Of a DNA stretch of 64,000 nucleotides, positions 1 through 12,567 are shown piece by piece. The translations under genes and the position numbers were made by a program. How positions within the stretch are numbered: position 1 is the first letter of the stretch; every line of letters starts with the position of its first letter. Source of the DNA: Scyliorhinus canicula (Eukaryota); the NCBI RefSeq assembly GCF_902713615.1, contig NC_052165.1, positions 19,906,522 to 19,970,521 of the forward strand. Reading direction: 5' to 3'. The notes under the pieces are model-generated. The model made no database searches and was not told the origin of the DNA. It saw nothing but the letters and a program-made list of their open reading frames with translations.

Positions 1-99
1 TGGATTTTTCTACCCTAGCTGTTTGTCTATGTTCCATCATTGAATATATTCAAGGTTGAGATAGACAGATTTTTGATCCCTCTGGGAATCAAGGAATAT

Positions 100-403
100 G
101 GGTGGCACGGTAACACAGTGGTTAGCACTGTTGATTCACACCGCCAGGGTCCCAGGTTTGATTCCCGGCTGAGTCACTGTCTGTGCGGAGTCTGCACGTT
201 CTCCCGGTGTCTGAGTGTGTTTCCTCCGGTTGCTCCGGTTTCCTCCCACAAGTCTCGAAAGACGTGCTGTTAGATAATTTGGACATTCTGAAGTCTCCCT
301 CTGCCCGAACAGGCGCCGGAGTGTGGCGACTAGGGGCGTTTCACAGTAACTTAATTGCAGTGTTAATGTAAGCCTACTTGTGACAATAAAGATTGTTATT
401 ATA
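100..403 (+). mobile_element. tRNA-derived SINE with a GTGACAATAAA-(ATT)n tail
   Basis: A/B-box head GGGTGGCACGGT...GGTTTGATTCC; inserted in a CR1 3' end. Confidence 0.8.
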
Positions 404-590
404 TTGGGAGAGGGTGGAAAGTGGAGTCAATGTGGAAGATAATGTTGAATGGCAAAGAGGGCTCTGTCTACTCCTGCTCCTATTATGTTCTTAATACAGC
501 ATAAAATAGTAAAGACTTTAATTTCTCAATGAATAAAATAATTTTAAGAAGTAGCATTTGTGCTCAATATCTAAGGTTGTGAAAAATTAC

Positions 591-756
591 CTGGAAAAGG
601 TTCAAAATCCTCCAATTGTAATAAGTCAGTCAGAGAAGAAATAGAAGATTTTTCTGTACCGCTTAATGAGGCTTGAAGATCAGCAAAGAAGGATAGAGGT
701 GCTCTTGTTTGTTGCCTAGGCTTCCCTTGTGCCGGTGATTGAACCTCTGGAGTCCA
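591..756 (-). CDS. Coding exon 4 of an uncharacterised CH-domain gene (WTPEVQSPAQGKP...EDFEPFP); gene continues beyond the left window edge
   Basis: Acceptor ttttcgattcag|TGG, donor CCAG|gtaatt; 166 nt; phase 0 in, matching the previous exon; open frame. Confidence 0.75.
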
Positions 757-1192
757 CTGAATCGAAAACATAACACAATTTCCTTACCTTGGATCCGAAT
801 TCCACAATTATCACAGAAAACAGTGGCACAATTACAAGGAATATGTGTCACTGTCAGTCTTCAATAATTGTTTCAATTTTGTATTCGTATCATGTTTTTT
901 TAATATCAATGGTATCAAAATTATGGCTTTAATGTGTATTCTGTCAGCAATGATATTTTAATAAATATGCTAAGTTTGATTTAAAAGGATCATAGCAAGT
1001 TTTTATTTCTGATGAAATGGACAGAAATATTGCAACATTACATTCAAAAGCAATTATTTAGTGTCTATCAAAATTCCAAACATCATTATCCCAAATTAGA
1101 ATTTAAAATGAATAGATTATATCTATTCCAGACCAACGACATGTTGAATGAGCAATTGTGAACATCTAGAGAACATGAAGTCACCCTTGTAC

Positions 1193-1303
1193 CTTGAAGC
1201 AAACAGAACAGACCAGTTTGTTCTGGTCAAGCTGCAGTTGGCTTGATCTTTCCCAGGTGAATCGGATGTCATACACTATTAGTCGCCATAGCAGTTCCGC
1301 TAT
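1193..1303 (-). CDS. Coding exon 3 of the CH-domain gene (IAELLWRLIVYDIRFTWERSSQLQLDQNKLVCSVCFK)
   Basis: Acceptor gtgctttag|ATA, donor AAG|gtacaa; 111 nt, phase 0/0; LLWRLI resembles the terminal helix of a CH domain. Confidence 0.8.
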
Positions 1304-2389
1304 CTAAAGCACAAATCAAAATGCATTCCTCACAATATGGTCAACATTATGCAATCTAAGCATTAATCGCCAAGAATCAGTAAATAACACTGTTATCAGC
1401 TGATCCACTTAAGAAAAATAGGCACATAAATACATGAACCTGGACTTTACAATTGTAATGGCAGCAAAATTGTCAGCATACACTATCATAATCCTGGAAA
1501 CTGACAATAAAGTCTGTTGTCCCCATGTGTGCCGTTAAATGCTAAAATTGAGAAATTGCTGTGATGAATCTTTGGACATCCATACCTAACATATTTGGAA
1601 ATCACTGAACTGATGCAAAATTACCTTTCAAAGCTGCTAAAATATGAAAAGATTCCACATTGCTGCTGAGGTGAAACTGGGTTTTTTAATAGCATACTAA
1701 GACATGCCTACTGCTGAACAATCTGTCTGGCCCTGGGAAATTAGCCTTATATATGTGTAATGTACCAATCTTTATTTTGCTTTTTGTACAATTTATAAAA
1801 TGTGAAAGATCATAAGTGCATTTTACTTCCGGGTTTGCTGTCCGTGAGAATACTTAAATTTGATTGGCTTTTTACTTTGCTTGATGATCAAACAGGTCTC
1901 TTCGACTTGGTGCCAGATTCATTGGGAAAGATGGAATCCATCCAACAGAAATTGCTCGATGTTTATTGGCAACTTTCTTTGAGGTCAGTCCTGAACACCA
2001 TTGATTAGTCGTTGAGTGCAGAATCTGGGCTCATAAATAATTTTAATAGATTGCCATCAATAAAGAACTAATATTGAATTATATTTTCTGTAATGCAACA
2101 TTGAAGGTACAATTCATCATCATCGGAAGAATTTTTGGAGGACAATGGTAGTGGTAACAGCAGCAGATGGCTATGCAATTCATATCGGCCAACGTGTCAG
2201 TTTGTCGGTCCCAGCACGCCCACAAAGCCATTTTCAAGAATTCCAGGTACATTATTCAATTAATTAAAAAGTAATTTAAGGCGATTTATCAGAGGCCTCC
2301 TGTAGGCCATCCAGCATAGAGAGTCCACCTGCCGTCCTTAATTGGCAATGAGCAAGCATTCTGGTCACTAGTTGGCCAATCCACAATTG

Positions 2390-2982
2390 ATATCATAGAA
2401 TATCATAGAATTTACAGTGCAGAAGGAGGCCACTCGGCCCATCGAGTCTGCACCGGCTCTTGGAAAGAGCACCCTACCCGAGGTCAACACCTCCACCCTA
2501 TCCCCATAACCCAGTAATCCTACCCGACACTAAGGGCAATTTATCATGGTCAATCCACCTAACCTGCACATCTTTGGACTGTGGGAGGAAACCGGAGCAC
2601 CCTGAGGATACCCACGCACGCTCGGGGAGGATGTGCAGACTCCGCACAGACAGTGACCCAAGCCGGAATCGAACCTGGGAACCTGGATCTGTGAAGCAAT
2701 TGTGCTAACCGCCATGCTACCGTGCTGCCCCACAATGCTACCGTGCTGTCCCACAATCTTACCGTGCTGCCCCAAAATGCTACCGTGCTGTCCCACAATG
2801 CTACCGTGCTGCCCCACAATCTTACCGTGCAGCCCCACAATGCTACCGTGCTGCCCCACAATGCTACCGTGTTGCCCCACAATCTTACCGTGTTGCCCCA
2901 CAATGCTACCGTGCTGCCCCACAATGCTACCGTGCTGCCCCACAATCTTACCGTGCTGCCCCACAATGCTACCGTGCTGCCC
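2390..2982 (-). mobile_element. HE1-type tRNA SINE with a tandemly amplified 5' head
   Basis: CR1-like (TCTATGATA) tail; typical body; about 13 copies of a 21-bp unit at ~2712-2982. Confidence 0.9.
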
Positions 2983-3084
2983 CTACCAGATATGGAGTAG
3001 CTGGTCCCGACACAGTGCTTTTGATCCTGGCAAAAAGATTACTTTTTAACTTTACATGATATCAGACATCTTTGTATCTGTTGT

Positions 3085-3405
3085 TCAGTTGGCATAACTC
3101 TTGCCTGAGTCAGAAGGTCGTGGATTCACAGTCCCACTTCACGCATTGATCACAAAGGTCAAGGATGACACTCTGTACAGCACTCAATATTGTCAGAGTT
3201 CCTGTCTTCTGGAAGAGACGGTAAACTGAGGCCCAGCTGCCCTCAAGAGATGGACATAAAAAAAACTTTTGCCACAAAATAAAAAGTAGGGGAGTTATAA
3301 ATGATGTCCTGGCCAATATCTATCCCTCAATCAAGACAACAGAAAACGGATCTGGTCATTACCATATTGGTGTTTTTGGGAGTTTGGTGTGTGCAAATGG
3401 TTGGC
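3085..3405 (+). mobile_element. Old SacSINE1/DeuSINE-like SINE
   Basis: Recognisable GAGTCAGAAGGT...GGGGAGTT...GTCCTGGCCAATAT...GTGTGCAAAT body; family name from recall. Confidence 0.55.
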
Positions 3406-4440
3406 ACATTCCTATCACTTTGCTGATGGAAGGGATTGTTGGTAGTACTATCAAGTGGCACTTACTCAACAATACCAGCTCACTGATGTGTAGTTTGGGT
3501 TCCGCTAGGGCCACTCGGCGCCTGAACATCTTTACAATCTTGGTAAAACACGGACACAAGGACTAAAGTCAAGAGATGAGGTGAGAGGTACTGTCCATGA
3601 CATTGAAGCAACATTTGACCATGTGTGGCATTGAGGAGCCCTCGCAAAACGGATATCAATGGGAATCAGGGGAAAACTCTCCAGAGGTTGGAAAAGAAAA
3701 GTGGCTGAAGTTGTTGGAGGTCAATCATCTCAGTCCCAAGACATCACTGCAGGAGTTCCTCAGGGTAATGTCTTTAGCTCAACCATCTTTAGCTGCTTCA
3801 TTTTTGACCACTCCTCCATCACAAGGTCAGAAGTGGGGATGTTTACGGATGATTACATAATGTTCATGCAGCAGATGCATTGGAATGGCACCACCTGCAA
3901 GATCTCTTCCAAGCCACGCACCATCCTGACTTGGAACTATATCGCCATTCTTCTACTGTCACTGGGTCAAAATCTTGGAACTCCCTCACTAACAGCACTG
4001 TGGATGTGCCTACACTACATGGACAGCAGCAGTTCAATAAGGCAGCTCACTACAACCTTCTCAAGAGCAATTAGAGATGGGAATTAAAATTATGGTGAAG
4101 CAGATGATATCCAAGTCCTGTGACTCCTCAGATACTGAAACAGCCTAAGCCCATGCACAGCAAGCCCTGGACATCATTCAGGTTTGGCTGAAAAAGTGGC
4201 AAGTAACATTTGAGCCACCCAAGTGCCAGGCAATTACCATCTCTAACAAGAAATCTCCAATATTTTCCCCTTGCCATTCAATGCCTTGGAATTGCTAAAT
4301 GCCCCACTATCAACATCCTGGGGGTAACTCCCCTCCCAAACAGCAATGTGGTTGGAACTACACCACATGGACTGCAGCAATTTAAGGAGATGACTCTCAG
4401 CGACAATTAGGGACGGGCAATAAATGCCTGCCTAGCCAAC
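3405..4440. mobile_element. Cluster of decayed CR1-type LINE fragments
   Basis: ITAGVPQG.V and MFTDD remnants; repeated 3'-end pieces (AATTAGGGA.GGGCAATAAATGC). Confidence 0.6.
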
Positions 4441-4499
4441 AAAATAAGAACTGAGGAACAGGAGGGGAGTTATCCCCTGGACCAGGGTGTCCTGGTCAA

Positions 4500-4645
4500 T
4501 TCATGAAGCCCCGCCTTCTCAACGGTGCCCCTTGCCTGAGGTGTGTTGATCCTCAGGTTAAATCACCACCAGTCAGCTCTACCTCTGAAAGGGGAAAGCA
4601 GCCTATGGTCATCTGGGTCTATGGCTACTTTGCCTTTACCTTTCC
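4500..4645 (+). repeat. Short dispersed retro-repeat with a (TTTACC)-like tail; second copy at 53781-53923
   Basis: Two clearly homologous ~145-bp copies in the window. Confidence 0.7.
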
Positions 4646-5699
4646 TCTGACCAGTATTTATCCATCAGTCGACATAACAAAAAATAGGTTATGTGTTTGT
4701 TATATTGCTGTTTGTGGCAGTTTAGCACTTGGTTCCAAGTTCAATCCTGGAAATGAATAAAAGTTCTTGAACCTACAATTCATATTTCCCTATTTTAGAT
4801 GGCTTAGAAGAGGGAATCGACTATTAAAAGAACACAAAGATATTGCGGGTATGCCAAAAAAAGGGTTAATGAAAAAGGCTGCACTCTTTGGCAGATAGAA
4901 GACAGTTCCCACAAATGTACCTTACAAATGGAACACTGTTTGAAGGGAGAAAGTCAATTATGAAGCACAGTGGGTGAGAGGAACTTGTCGCTTCAAGTTA
5001 CTCGTGGAAGTTCACTTGATTTGTGCCAAATGGACAACATTCAAATATAAAACTACCTTAGGGATTGTAATTGAAGAAACATATTCCCTCCAGTTGAACT
5101 GATTAACTGCATAAATTGCAAATACTTAAAATAAATAACACTACCTCTGGTTCATTTCAAATATCTATTTGGTTGACATACACACAATCATTCTCAGCAT
5201 CTTTATCTTGTATTTGTAATGATCTGCGATTCCAATTCTGGACGCTTTTCAATCTTATCAACCTATTTAGAATATTTTTTGTAAGCATAGAATTCCTACA
5301 GCACGGAATGAGGTATTCGGTCCATCCTATTCCTGCAACCCCACCTAACCACATTTATGGACAATGGGACAAAACCGGAGCACACGGAGGAAACCCACAC
5401 AGACACAGGGAGAATGTGCAGTCAGCCAAGGCTGGAATCAAATCCGGGTCCCTGGTGCTGCGAGGCAGCATTGCTAACCACTATGCCATCCCGCTACATT
5501 CACTGCTCATGAAATTAAACATTTTCTCTTTAAAATATAACAGATTGAGTGAGAGATGGAAGCCACTGCTAACCAATTCCATTCAGAAGGGAAAATGTGG
5601 ATTTAAAGTATCAGATCTTATTGAGGGGAACAGGATGAAAGTTTACAATATTTCATAATTGTCCTAGCTGCCGAGCACAAGGTAATGAATGTGCAAATA

Positions 5700-6022
5700 A
5701 TCATAGATCATAGAATTTACAGTGCTGAAGGAGGCCATTCGGCCCGTCGAGTCTGCACCGACCCTTGGAAAGAGCACCCTACCCAGGCCCACACCTCCAC
5801 CCTATCCCCGTAACCCCACTTAACCTTTTTGGACACCAAGGGCAATTTAGCATAGCCAATCCACCTAACCTGCACATCGTTGGACTGTGGGAGGAAACCA
5901 GAGCACCCAGAGTAAACGCACACAGACGTAGAGAGAAAGTGCAAACACCGCACAGTCACCCAATGTTGGAATTGAACCCAGGCCCCTGGAGTGTGAAGCA
6001 GCAATGTTAACTACTGTGCCAA
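5700..6022 (-). mobile_element. HE1-type SINE
   Basis: Same body and tail as the 15788 copy. Confidence 0.85.
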
Positions 6023-6506
6023 TGTTGTCAGAAATCAAAGTGAACAGGGGGTGGAGACAACATTCACTTTCCACTAACTTATAAAACTCATTCATTCTGG
6101 GCTGCATTCTTTGCTTGCACCCGCCGAAAGATTGCCATGGTCGCGACGAGTACCATGTAAAGGTTCATTGACCTCAGGCAGGAATTTCTGGTCGCCGGAC
6201 AGACACGGCCGCAGAATCCCGCCCTCCGTGTGCCATGTAAGTTCACCATCTGTGGGCATTGTAACATTTTAAGGTATAGCATTTTCTAATGATGATACTG
6301 TGGTTTCTGCCCACTGACAAGGGTGAGACCTGCTGTGAGTGTGTTGATAAGTTGCCCAGCTCAGTTCAAGAGTCAATGATGAACAGTTTATGAGTCAGTC
6401 AGTTTCAATCCGAAGAGAATTATCCTAGGAGAATGGACAAGGGAGGGGCAACTGTGCAATTGAAACTGAGGAGGAGGCCCAGGAGTTGTTTGGTAGTTCC
6501 ATGTTG

Positions 6507-7626
6507 TGTTACGACACGCTGGAAAAGTGCACAATCAATTCCAGGCCCACAGGCCCCAGAATCCCAACACAAGTGAATTAACCAATAATTTGCATTAAAT
6601 GACCGAGATCTTTGGCCCTTGACTGCTCCAATGACTTACAGGCACCAGATTTGTAAACACAACAACTGTTTATTTATAACAGAAATAGAGTTGAAACATG
6701 TAGCAATTGTAACAAACCAACAGCCAGCTAATCTACTATTCCCCCCTTTCTACCCTCCAACCCTCTGTGCAATCACATACAAGACAGACACACACAGAGG
6801 GAGGGGTAGGGGTAAAATAACAACAAAAATTAAATGAAACATGAGTGTCCTTGCTTCCAATGTCAAGTCCGTTGCAGTAGGCTGTCCTCTCTGAGTGCTG
6901 AGGGATTGAAGCCACCGGCTGAATTACTGATGAGTATCTTCTGGCAGTAACATTCAGTCAGAACTCCCAGGCTGTCGAGCTCCCTCTGGGGAGTCACTTT
7001 AACTTTTAGCAACCTGAGCCTTCACAAAGGATCCTCCTCGGTCTGTTTAATTCTTAATTGTTTCCAGCTCAACCAGAATGACCAACAGCCTTACTGAGAC
7101 AAGAACAGAGTTCCCCACACAATATCTTTAAAAAGGATTTTTTAACAACTGACCCTGCCTGCAGCTAGTGGCTGGACTCAATTTCCCTGCAGTTCAATCA
7201 GGCTGTAGGGAGAGAAAGGTATTTACTTTAGATTTTCAGTAAGAATCCATCAGATGAGAGAGAGAGACATCAGAGTTGTGACCCTCCAGCTTCTAATCAA
7301 AACAAAAGTAAAAGCAAACAGTCACACAGAGGAAGGAACATTCCAGAGAAAACCCCAAACAATTAGCATGGGCCTTTGATAAGGCCCAGCAATTTGAAAC
7401 AGTCCATTGACCGACAACAAAGACCATCATGATATATCAGCACTGATCTTCCTTGAACCTGCTGATCTGAAATATAATAAACAGCTTTTTGCAACCTGCC
7501 TTGTCTGAGGTCATAAGTCGATCCTCAGTTTACCTGCCCCTTGAATTAAAGATGAAGTTCATTTTAAAGGCATAGGTCCCATCGATTGTTCATGGACAGA
7601 AAGGGATTAACAGGAGGACATTTACC
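6507..7626 (-). mobile_element. Probable solo LTR (~1.1 kb)
   Basis: Starts TGTTACG, ends TTTACC; imperfect 4-bp flanks GTTG/ATTG; non-coding; AATAAA on the minus strand. Confidence 0.4.
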
Positions 7627-7710
7627 ATTGTGAAAATATGTAGGATTAGAAGAAACCCTGGGAGCCACTAACAGTGTGTGAACACTAGAAAGTGGATGCA
7701 GAAGGTCTGG

Positions 7711-8282
7711 TGCTGGATTCTCCAATTTTGTGTCTAGGTCCAGAGGAAGCGTCTGGTCTTACAACCAAAATGTCGGCGCCACCCCTGCACCGATGCTCCG
7801 CCCGGTGGGGGGCTTGCAGCCACACCATGTAAATCCCCCGGCTTTACCTGTAGATGCAGACGCAGAATGGCCGGGTCCGCGGCCTGCGACGGTCTACGAG
7901 GGCCACACTGTACAACACGCCGCCAGCCGCGTGCTGACCTGGCATGCAAAATAGTGCCTCCCCCCGTAACCCCCCTCGCCTGCCCCCCCCCCCCCCCCCC
8001 CAGCTGTGGCGGCGCTGGACACAGTCCGCAGACACCACGGAGGTTCACGAAGGTTGAGAGCACATGGGACCGAAGCCGTCGGGAGGTTGGCCCATCGGGG
8101 GCTGAGCATCGGAGGAGGGCCTCAGGTGACGTCCTGAGGCCATCCGACCGGCGTGCGGCGTATGGGTACGCCGGGGGTGGAGCATCCAAAAAAGGGCCCC
8201 ATCCCTGATTTTGGAGTAAAAACGTATTCTGCGGCCGATTCCAGGAGGAATTTCGGCATCGGCAATCACAGATTCCCGCCCA
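7711..8282. mobile_element. GC-rich Harbinger-type MITE
   Basis: Termini TGCTGGATTCTCC ... AGATTCCCGCCC resemble those of the other Harbinger elements here. Confidence 0.55.
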
Positions 8283-8619
8283 GGATCTCTTCAATAAGGA
8301 ACCTTGAAAAAAGCTTGATGAGGAACTGAGTTTAAGGAACGCCTGTATTTGCTCGAACATGTAAAACAACAGTGATTTTAGATTTCATCTGTATTGGGTG
8401 TCTCAGGGAGAGAACCGAACTGAATAAAGCTCAAAGGTTTGCCAGAAGAAAACTTGAAGTTGAGTTAACTCAGGCGAGTTATATCAAGCCAAGTTCCGCT
8501 CTGGGAACTGACTAGCCCAGTATTAACATCAGCTGGGTTACAACACTCAGATTAAGTTTATAAAATCCATTGGAGAAATGGGGCATTTTTAAAACATATC
8601 TTTGCATTAGGTTGGATCA

Positions 8620-8808
8620 TGAAACGAAATGAAATGAAAATCACTTATTGTCACGAGTAGGCTTCAATGACGTTACTGTGAAAAGCCCCTAGTCGCCACA
8701 TTCCGGCACCTGTTCGGGGAGGCTGGTACAGGAATTGAACCGTGCTGCTGGCCTGCCTTGGTCTGCTTTAAAAGCCAGCGATTTAGCCCAGTGTGCTAAA
8801 CCAGCCCC
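8620..8808 (-). mobile_element. Short tRNA SINE (GGGGCTGGTTTAGC head, GTGACAATAA tail); related copies at 21806-21990, 27024-27198 and 63020-63131
   Basis: Multiple homologous copies; this one sits inside a CR1 3' end. Confidence 0.8.
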
Positions 8809-9289
8809 TCGAGCCTGCTCGCCATTCAATAAGATCATGACTGACCTGACTGTAACCTCAACTCCACAATCCCACCTACCCCGATACCCTTTCACCCCTT
8901 CACCAATCAAGAATTTATCCAGTTGTGCCTTAAAAATGTTCAAAGGCTCTGCTTCCGCTGCCTTCTGAGGAACAGAGTTTAAGAGTCTCATGACCCTCGA
9001 GAGAAAGAATTTCTGCTCATCTTTGTCTTCAATGAATGCCCGCCAATTCTAGATTCTCGAATAAAAGGTCATCAATTCCCCTCACAATAAACGGTAACAT
9101 TCTATTCACGTTCCTATTTTATGCAACAAGGACAACTCGCATTCATTAATCAATAGAAATATTGATATGGTAAGATGCCCCTCGTCAGTTCACAGGACTG
9201 TGACCCTCGGCCACAAGAAGAGAAATTAGCATTTAAAAAGAGCCGGGAGGGAATTCCACAGCTTAGGGCCTAAATTTTATTTTTACTTA

Positions 9290-9622
9290 TTGGATGTGGC
9301 CGTTTAGTGGGCCACTATTTATTGCCCTTGAACTTGACTTGCTCGGCCATTTCAGAGGGCATTTAAGAGTCAGCCACATCGCTGTGGATCTGGAGTCACG
9401 TGTAGACCAGACCAGAAAAGGATGGCAGATTTCCTTCAAAAAAAGGGCATGAGTGAACCAGATGGGTTTTTATGACAATCAACGATGGTCATCATTAGAC
9501 TTTTAATTCCAGATTTTTATTGAATTAAAATTTCACCACCTGCTGTAGTGCGATTCAAACCCAGGGCCTTGGGTGCCTGGATCATTGGTCCAGTGACAAT
9601 ACCACTGGGCCACCATCTCCCC
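9290..9622 (-). mobile_element. Older tRNA-derived SINE
   Basis: Minus-strand head GGGAGATGGTGG...GGTTTGAATC; CR1-like GGGCAATAAA tail. Confidence 0.55.
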
Positions 9623-9727
9623 ATGACTGAAGGCCTAGCTACCAATGGTGGGGAAATGAAAATTGAGAATGTACAAAAGGCCAGAACTGGAAGAATGCAG
9701 AATTCCTGCAGGTAGTAGAACTGGACT

Positions 9728-10152
9728 AAGAACAAAGAACACAGAAAAGTACAGCACAGGAACAGGCCCTTCGGCCCTGCAAGCCTGTGCCGACCATGTT
9801 GCCCGCCTAAACTACAATCTTCTACACTTCCTGGGTCCGTATCCCTCTATTCCCATCCTATTCATGTATTTGTCAAGATGCCCCTTAAATGTCACTATCG
9901 TCCCTGCTTCCACCACCTCCTCCGGCAGCGAGTTCCAGGCACCCACTACTCTGTGTAAAAAACTTGTCTCGTACATCTACTCTAAACCTTGCCCCTCGCA
10001 CCTTAAACCTATGCCCCCTAGTAATGGACCCCTCTTCCCTGGGGATAAGCCTCTGACTATCCACTCTGTCTATGCCCCTCATAATTTTGTAGACCTCTAT
10101 CAGGCCTCAGCCTCCGTCATTCCAGTGAGAACAAACCGAGTTTATTCAACCT
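9728..10152 (-). mobile_element. CR1 3' fragment
   Basis: MRGIDRVDSQRLIPR...TRGHRFKV...FFTQ. Confidence 0.85.
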
Positions 10153-10904
10153 ATAGAGGTTACAATGATAGGTAGGCGGTGAGGCCATGGAGGCAGTTGA
10201 AAACAAATATGGGAATTTATATCTTAAAATTGGCGTGAAATAGTTTCCTGACGGGAATCTGACATCTTTTGAAATTCAAGAGTCTAATTTCTATGATTTC
10301 CCATTTGATAAATACTGCACTCAAAAGAGATTCACACCAAAGAAAAGCAGCATCTTAATAATAATAGGCTGCTCTTACACTGCTTCCAGGTGTTTTAATT
10401 TACAATCATGTATACAATTGGCCTCAAGCAATCTCTGGAAGGGAACACTTGGGGCATTTTCAGCAAAATTACCTTTTAAACTTCAAAATTTAATTTACTT
10501 CCATATTGTATGAGTGGCACTGATACTGCAAGAAGTGAAAAGCCAAGATAATGCTTTGTGATCATTTGAGATATTTATTTCTGAAACCGAATGGCAAAAT
10601 CATTAGTTATGCAGCAGATTCCAAATTTAAAGTTATAACAAATTGACGTGAAAGTCTGTCAGTTAATGCTCCCATAGGGAGGATCTCACAGCAAAAAGAG
10701 CTACAGTATTATAGACCCCAATTCCCTGATTGCTGGAGGCACAGGTTAGGCAATTACCCCCTCAGCATAAATTGCCTATTAAACATGATTTCAATTGAAA
10801 CACAATTACACGATGATGGGAATTATCAAAAGATCAATTATCAAGATATCAATGTGGTGTCGGCCAAGCAAGAGAGTTAAGCTGAAAGAGGCCCTGTTAC
10901 ATAC

Positions 10905-11074
10905 ACATTTAGTATTTTTCTTGGCAATGGCATCACAGTCAAATTCGCTGTCCTCTGGTATGATGCCAGCGGCCCGCAATTCGACTAAAAGCAACTCAAA
11001 TTGTGCAATGCGTTGTCGGTATGTGTGGCAGCGGGTCATGTTGTGTATACTCTTTGGACACTTTCCGATTAAAC
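10905..11074 (-). CDS. Coding exon 2 of the CH-domain gene (LIGKCPKSIHNMTRCHTYRQRIAQFELLLVELRAAGIIPEDSEFDCDAIAKKNTKC)
   Basis: Acceptor tttcattag|GT, donor TGT|gtatgt; 170 nt, phase 1 to 0, compatible with both neighbours. Confidence 0.8.
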
Positions 11075-11651
11075 CTAATGAAAAGATGGAGAGAGAGGGG
11101 AGAAAAATCAATAAATCCCAACCTGTATCTAGCAGAAAAAGCAGTTCACTTGGAAATCAAGAATTAAAAGTTTCCATTGGTTAAAGAGAAAGAAATCCAC
11201 AGATCTTGTTGCTTAAATGTGTAAAGCCAATTTATAGAGCACAGAAAACAACAGCTATGTAACAATTCAAGAATATTTTAATAGTGTACAGACATAAATC
11301 TTGTTATCTATTCCTTCATTTCAGATATTCCAATTTTGGGAATTGGCAACACTTCTGCCTCTCCACAGGTTTCTATCAGTCAAACTGCCACCTGCCTTTC
11401 CAATTTACTTATCATAAAAGGCTACATGAAGGTGTGAACTACAGACTAGACATTATATTAGTCATGCAGCAAAATAAAATAGATTTTGGTAGAGTTTTGT
11501 TTAACTGCTTTGCACAACAAAATACAAGTTTTACTTAAAACTTTCCATGCAAATATTTGGCCAATGAAATACATAAACGTATACCAAAACAAATGACCAA
11601 TAGTTAAATTCGACAGAGAATTTTTTTAATAATCAAGCTATTTGAACCTAC

Positions 11652-11781
11652 CTTTTAACAAGGATTTCAAATGAGTGCCTACGAATATATCTGAAAATAC
11701 ATTATTGAGCGGCCTTTCAAATGATGAACATCGCACATTTGCCCAGGCCGTGTAGCTTGTTATTTTTGACTGTAGAGGCAT
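11652..11781 (-). CDS. First coding exon of the CH-domain gene (MPLQSKITSYTAWANVRCSSFERPLNNVFSDIFVGTHLKSLLK)
   Basis: ATG directly preceded by an in-frame TAA; donor AAAG|gtaggt (phase 1); upstream acceptor (T)n-aaattgcag at ~11828 implies a non-coding exon further upstream; YTAWAN resembles the FTxWxN CH-domain start. Confidence 0.8.
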
Positions 11782-12549
11782 TTAATCAGATATTTTCCAA
11801 ATCATTACACTGAAATGCATTCAATATCTGCAATTTAAAAAAAAAAATCAACTTCATAAACATTAACATAGGAACTTATGAAATCAGAGGAGAAGTAAAT
11901 CATACAGCTGCCCCAGCCTCTTTGCCATTCAATAAGATCATGGCTGATTTGTTTATGTTTCGAATTTCACATTCCCATCTACCCCAAGAATCTTTGATTC
12001 ACTTGCCGGACAAGAATCTATCTACCTCCACCGTAAACATATTTAATGACCTCACTTCCACCGCCTCCTTTGGCAAAGAATTTCAAAGTCTCTCTCTGAG
12101 AGAGAACAATTCACGCCACCTCTGCCTTGAAAGGGCAGCCCCTAAATTTAAACCAATGCCACCCCCCACCCCCTCCCTCCTGGCCTAGTTCTGGACTCAC
12201 TCACAAGAGGAAACATCCTTTCCACGTCAAGACTGTTCAGGATCGTGGGCGCCATTATCCCATCGTGTTGTGCCTGGCGCCGATCCCATCACGGCAGAGG
12301 CCAAAAAAGGGATTTGTACCCGGTGCCAAATGTTAAGTGATGGGTTAAGAGACATTCCAATTAGTTGCCTCATTTATGTTAAGTATCCAATAATTGACAC
12401 TGATTATGTAAAGGGGCTTCAGGTGACCTTTATGTGTGGTGATGTGAAGATAGAGTTTTGTGCAGAGTCTATTAAAGTGGAATAAAGGTGTCTGTAAAAG
12501 GAGCAGTACCTTTGACTCTTTATACAACAGCAGCTAAACGTATAACAAA

Positions 12550-12567
12550 TGGTAGCAGAGGATGGTT
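12550..12567 (+). promoter_or_regulatory. Primer binding site complementary to the 3' end of initiator tRNA-Met
   Basis: TGGTAGCAGAGGATGGTT begins 2 nt after the 5' LTR. Confidence 0.9.

Noticed and set aside
757-851. Strong donor CAAG|gtaagg at 788 suggesting another exon of the CH-domain gene
   Set aside because: It would leave a 31-nt intron, too short, and exon 1303-1193 already joins 756 in phase.
2460-3049. Repetitive ORFs such as (GQHGSIV)n and (MLPCCPT)n
   Set aside because: They are readings of the 21-bp SINE-head array.
5116-5658. 180-aa plus-strand ORF and an exon-like minus-strand segment at ~5145-5265
   Set aside because: The ORF runs through a SINE; the minus-strand segment has stops in all three frames between the candidate splice sites.
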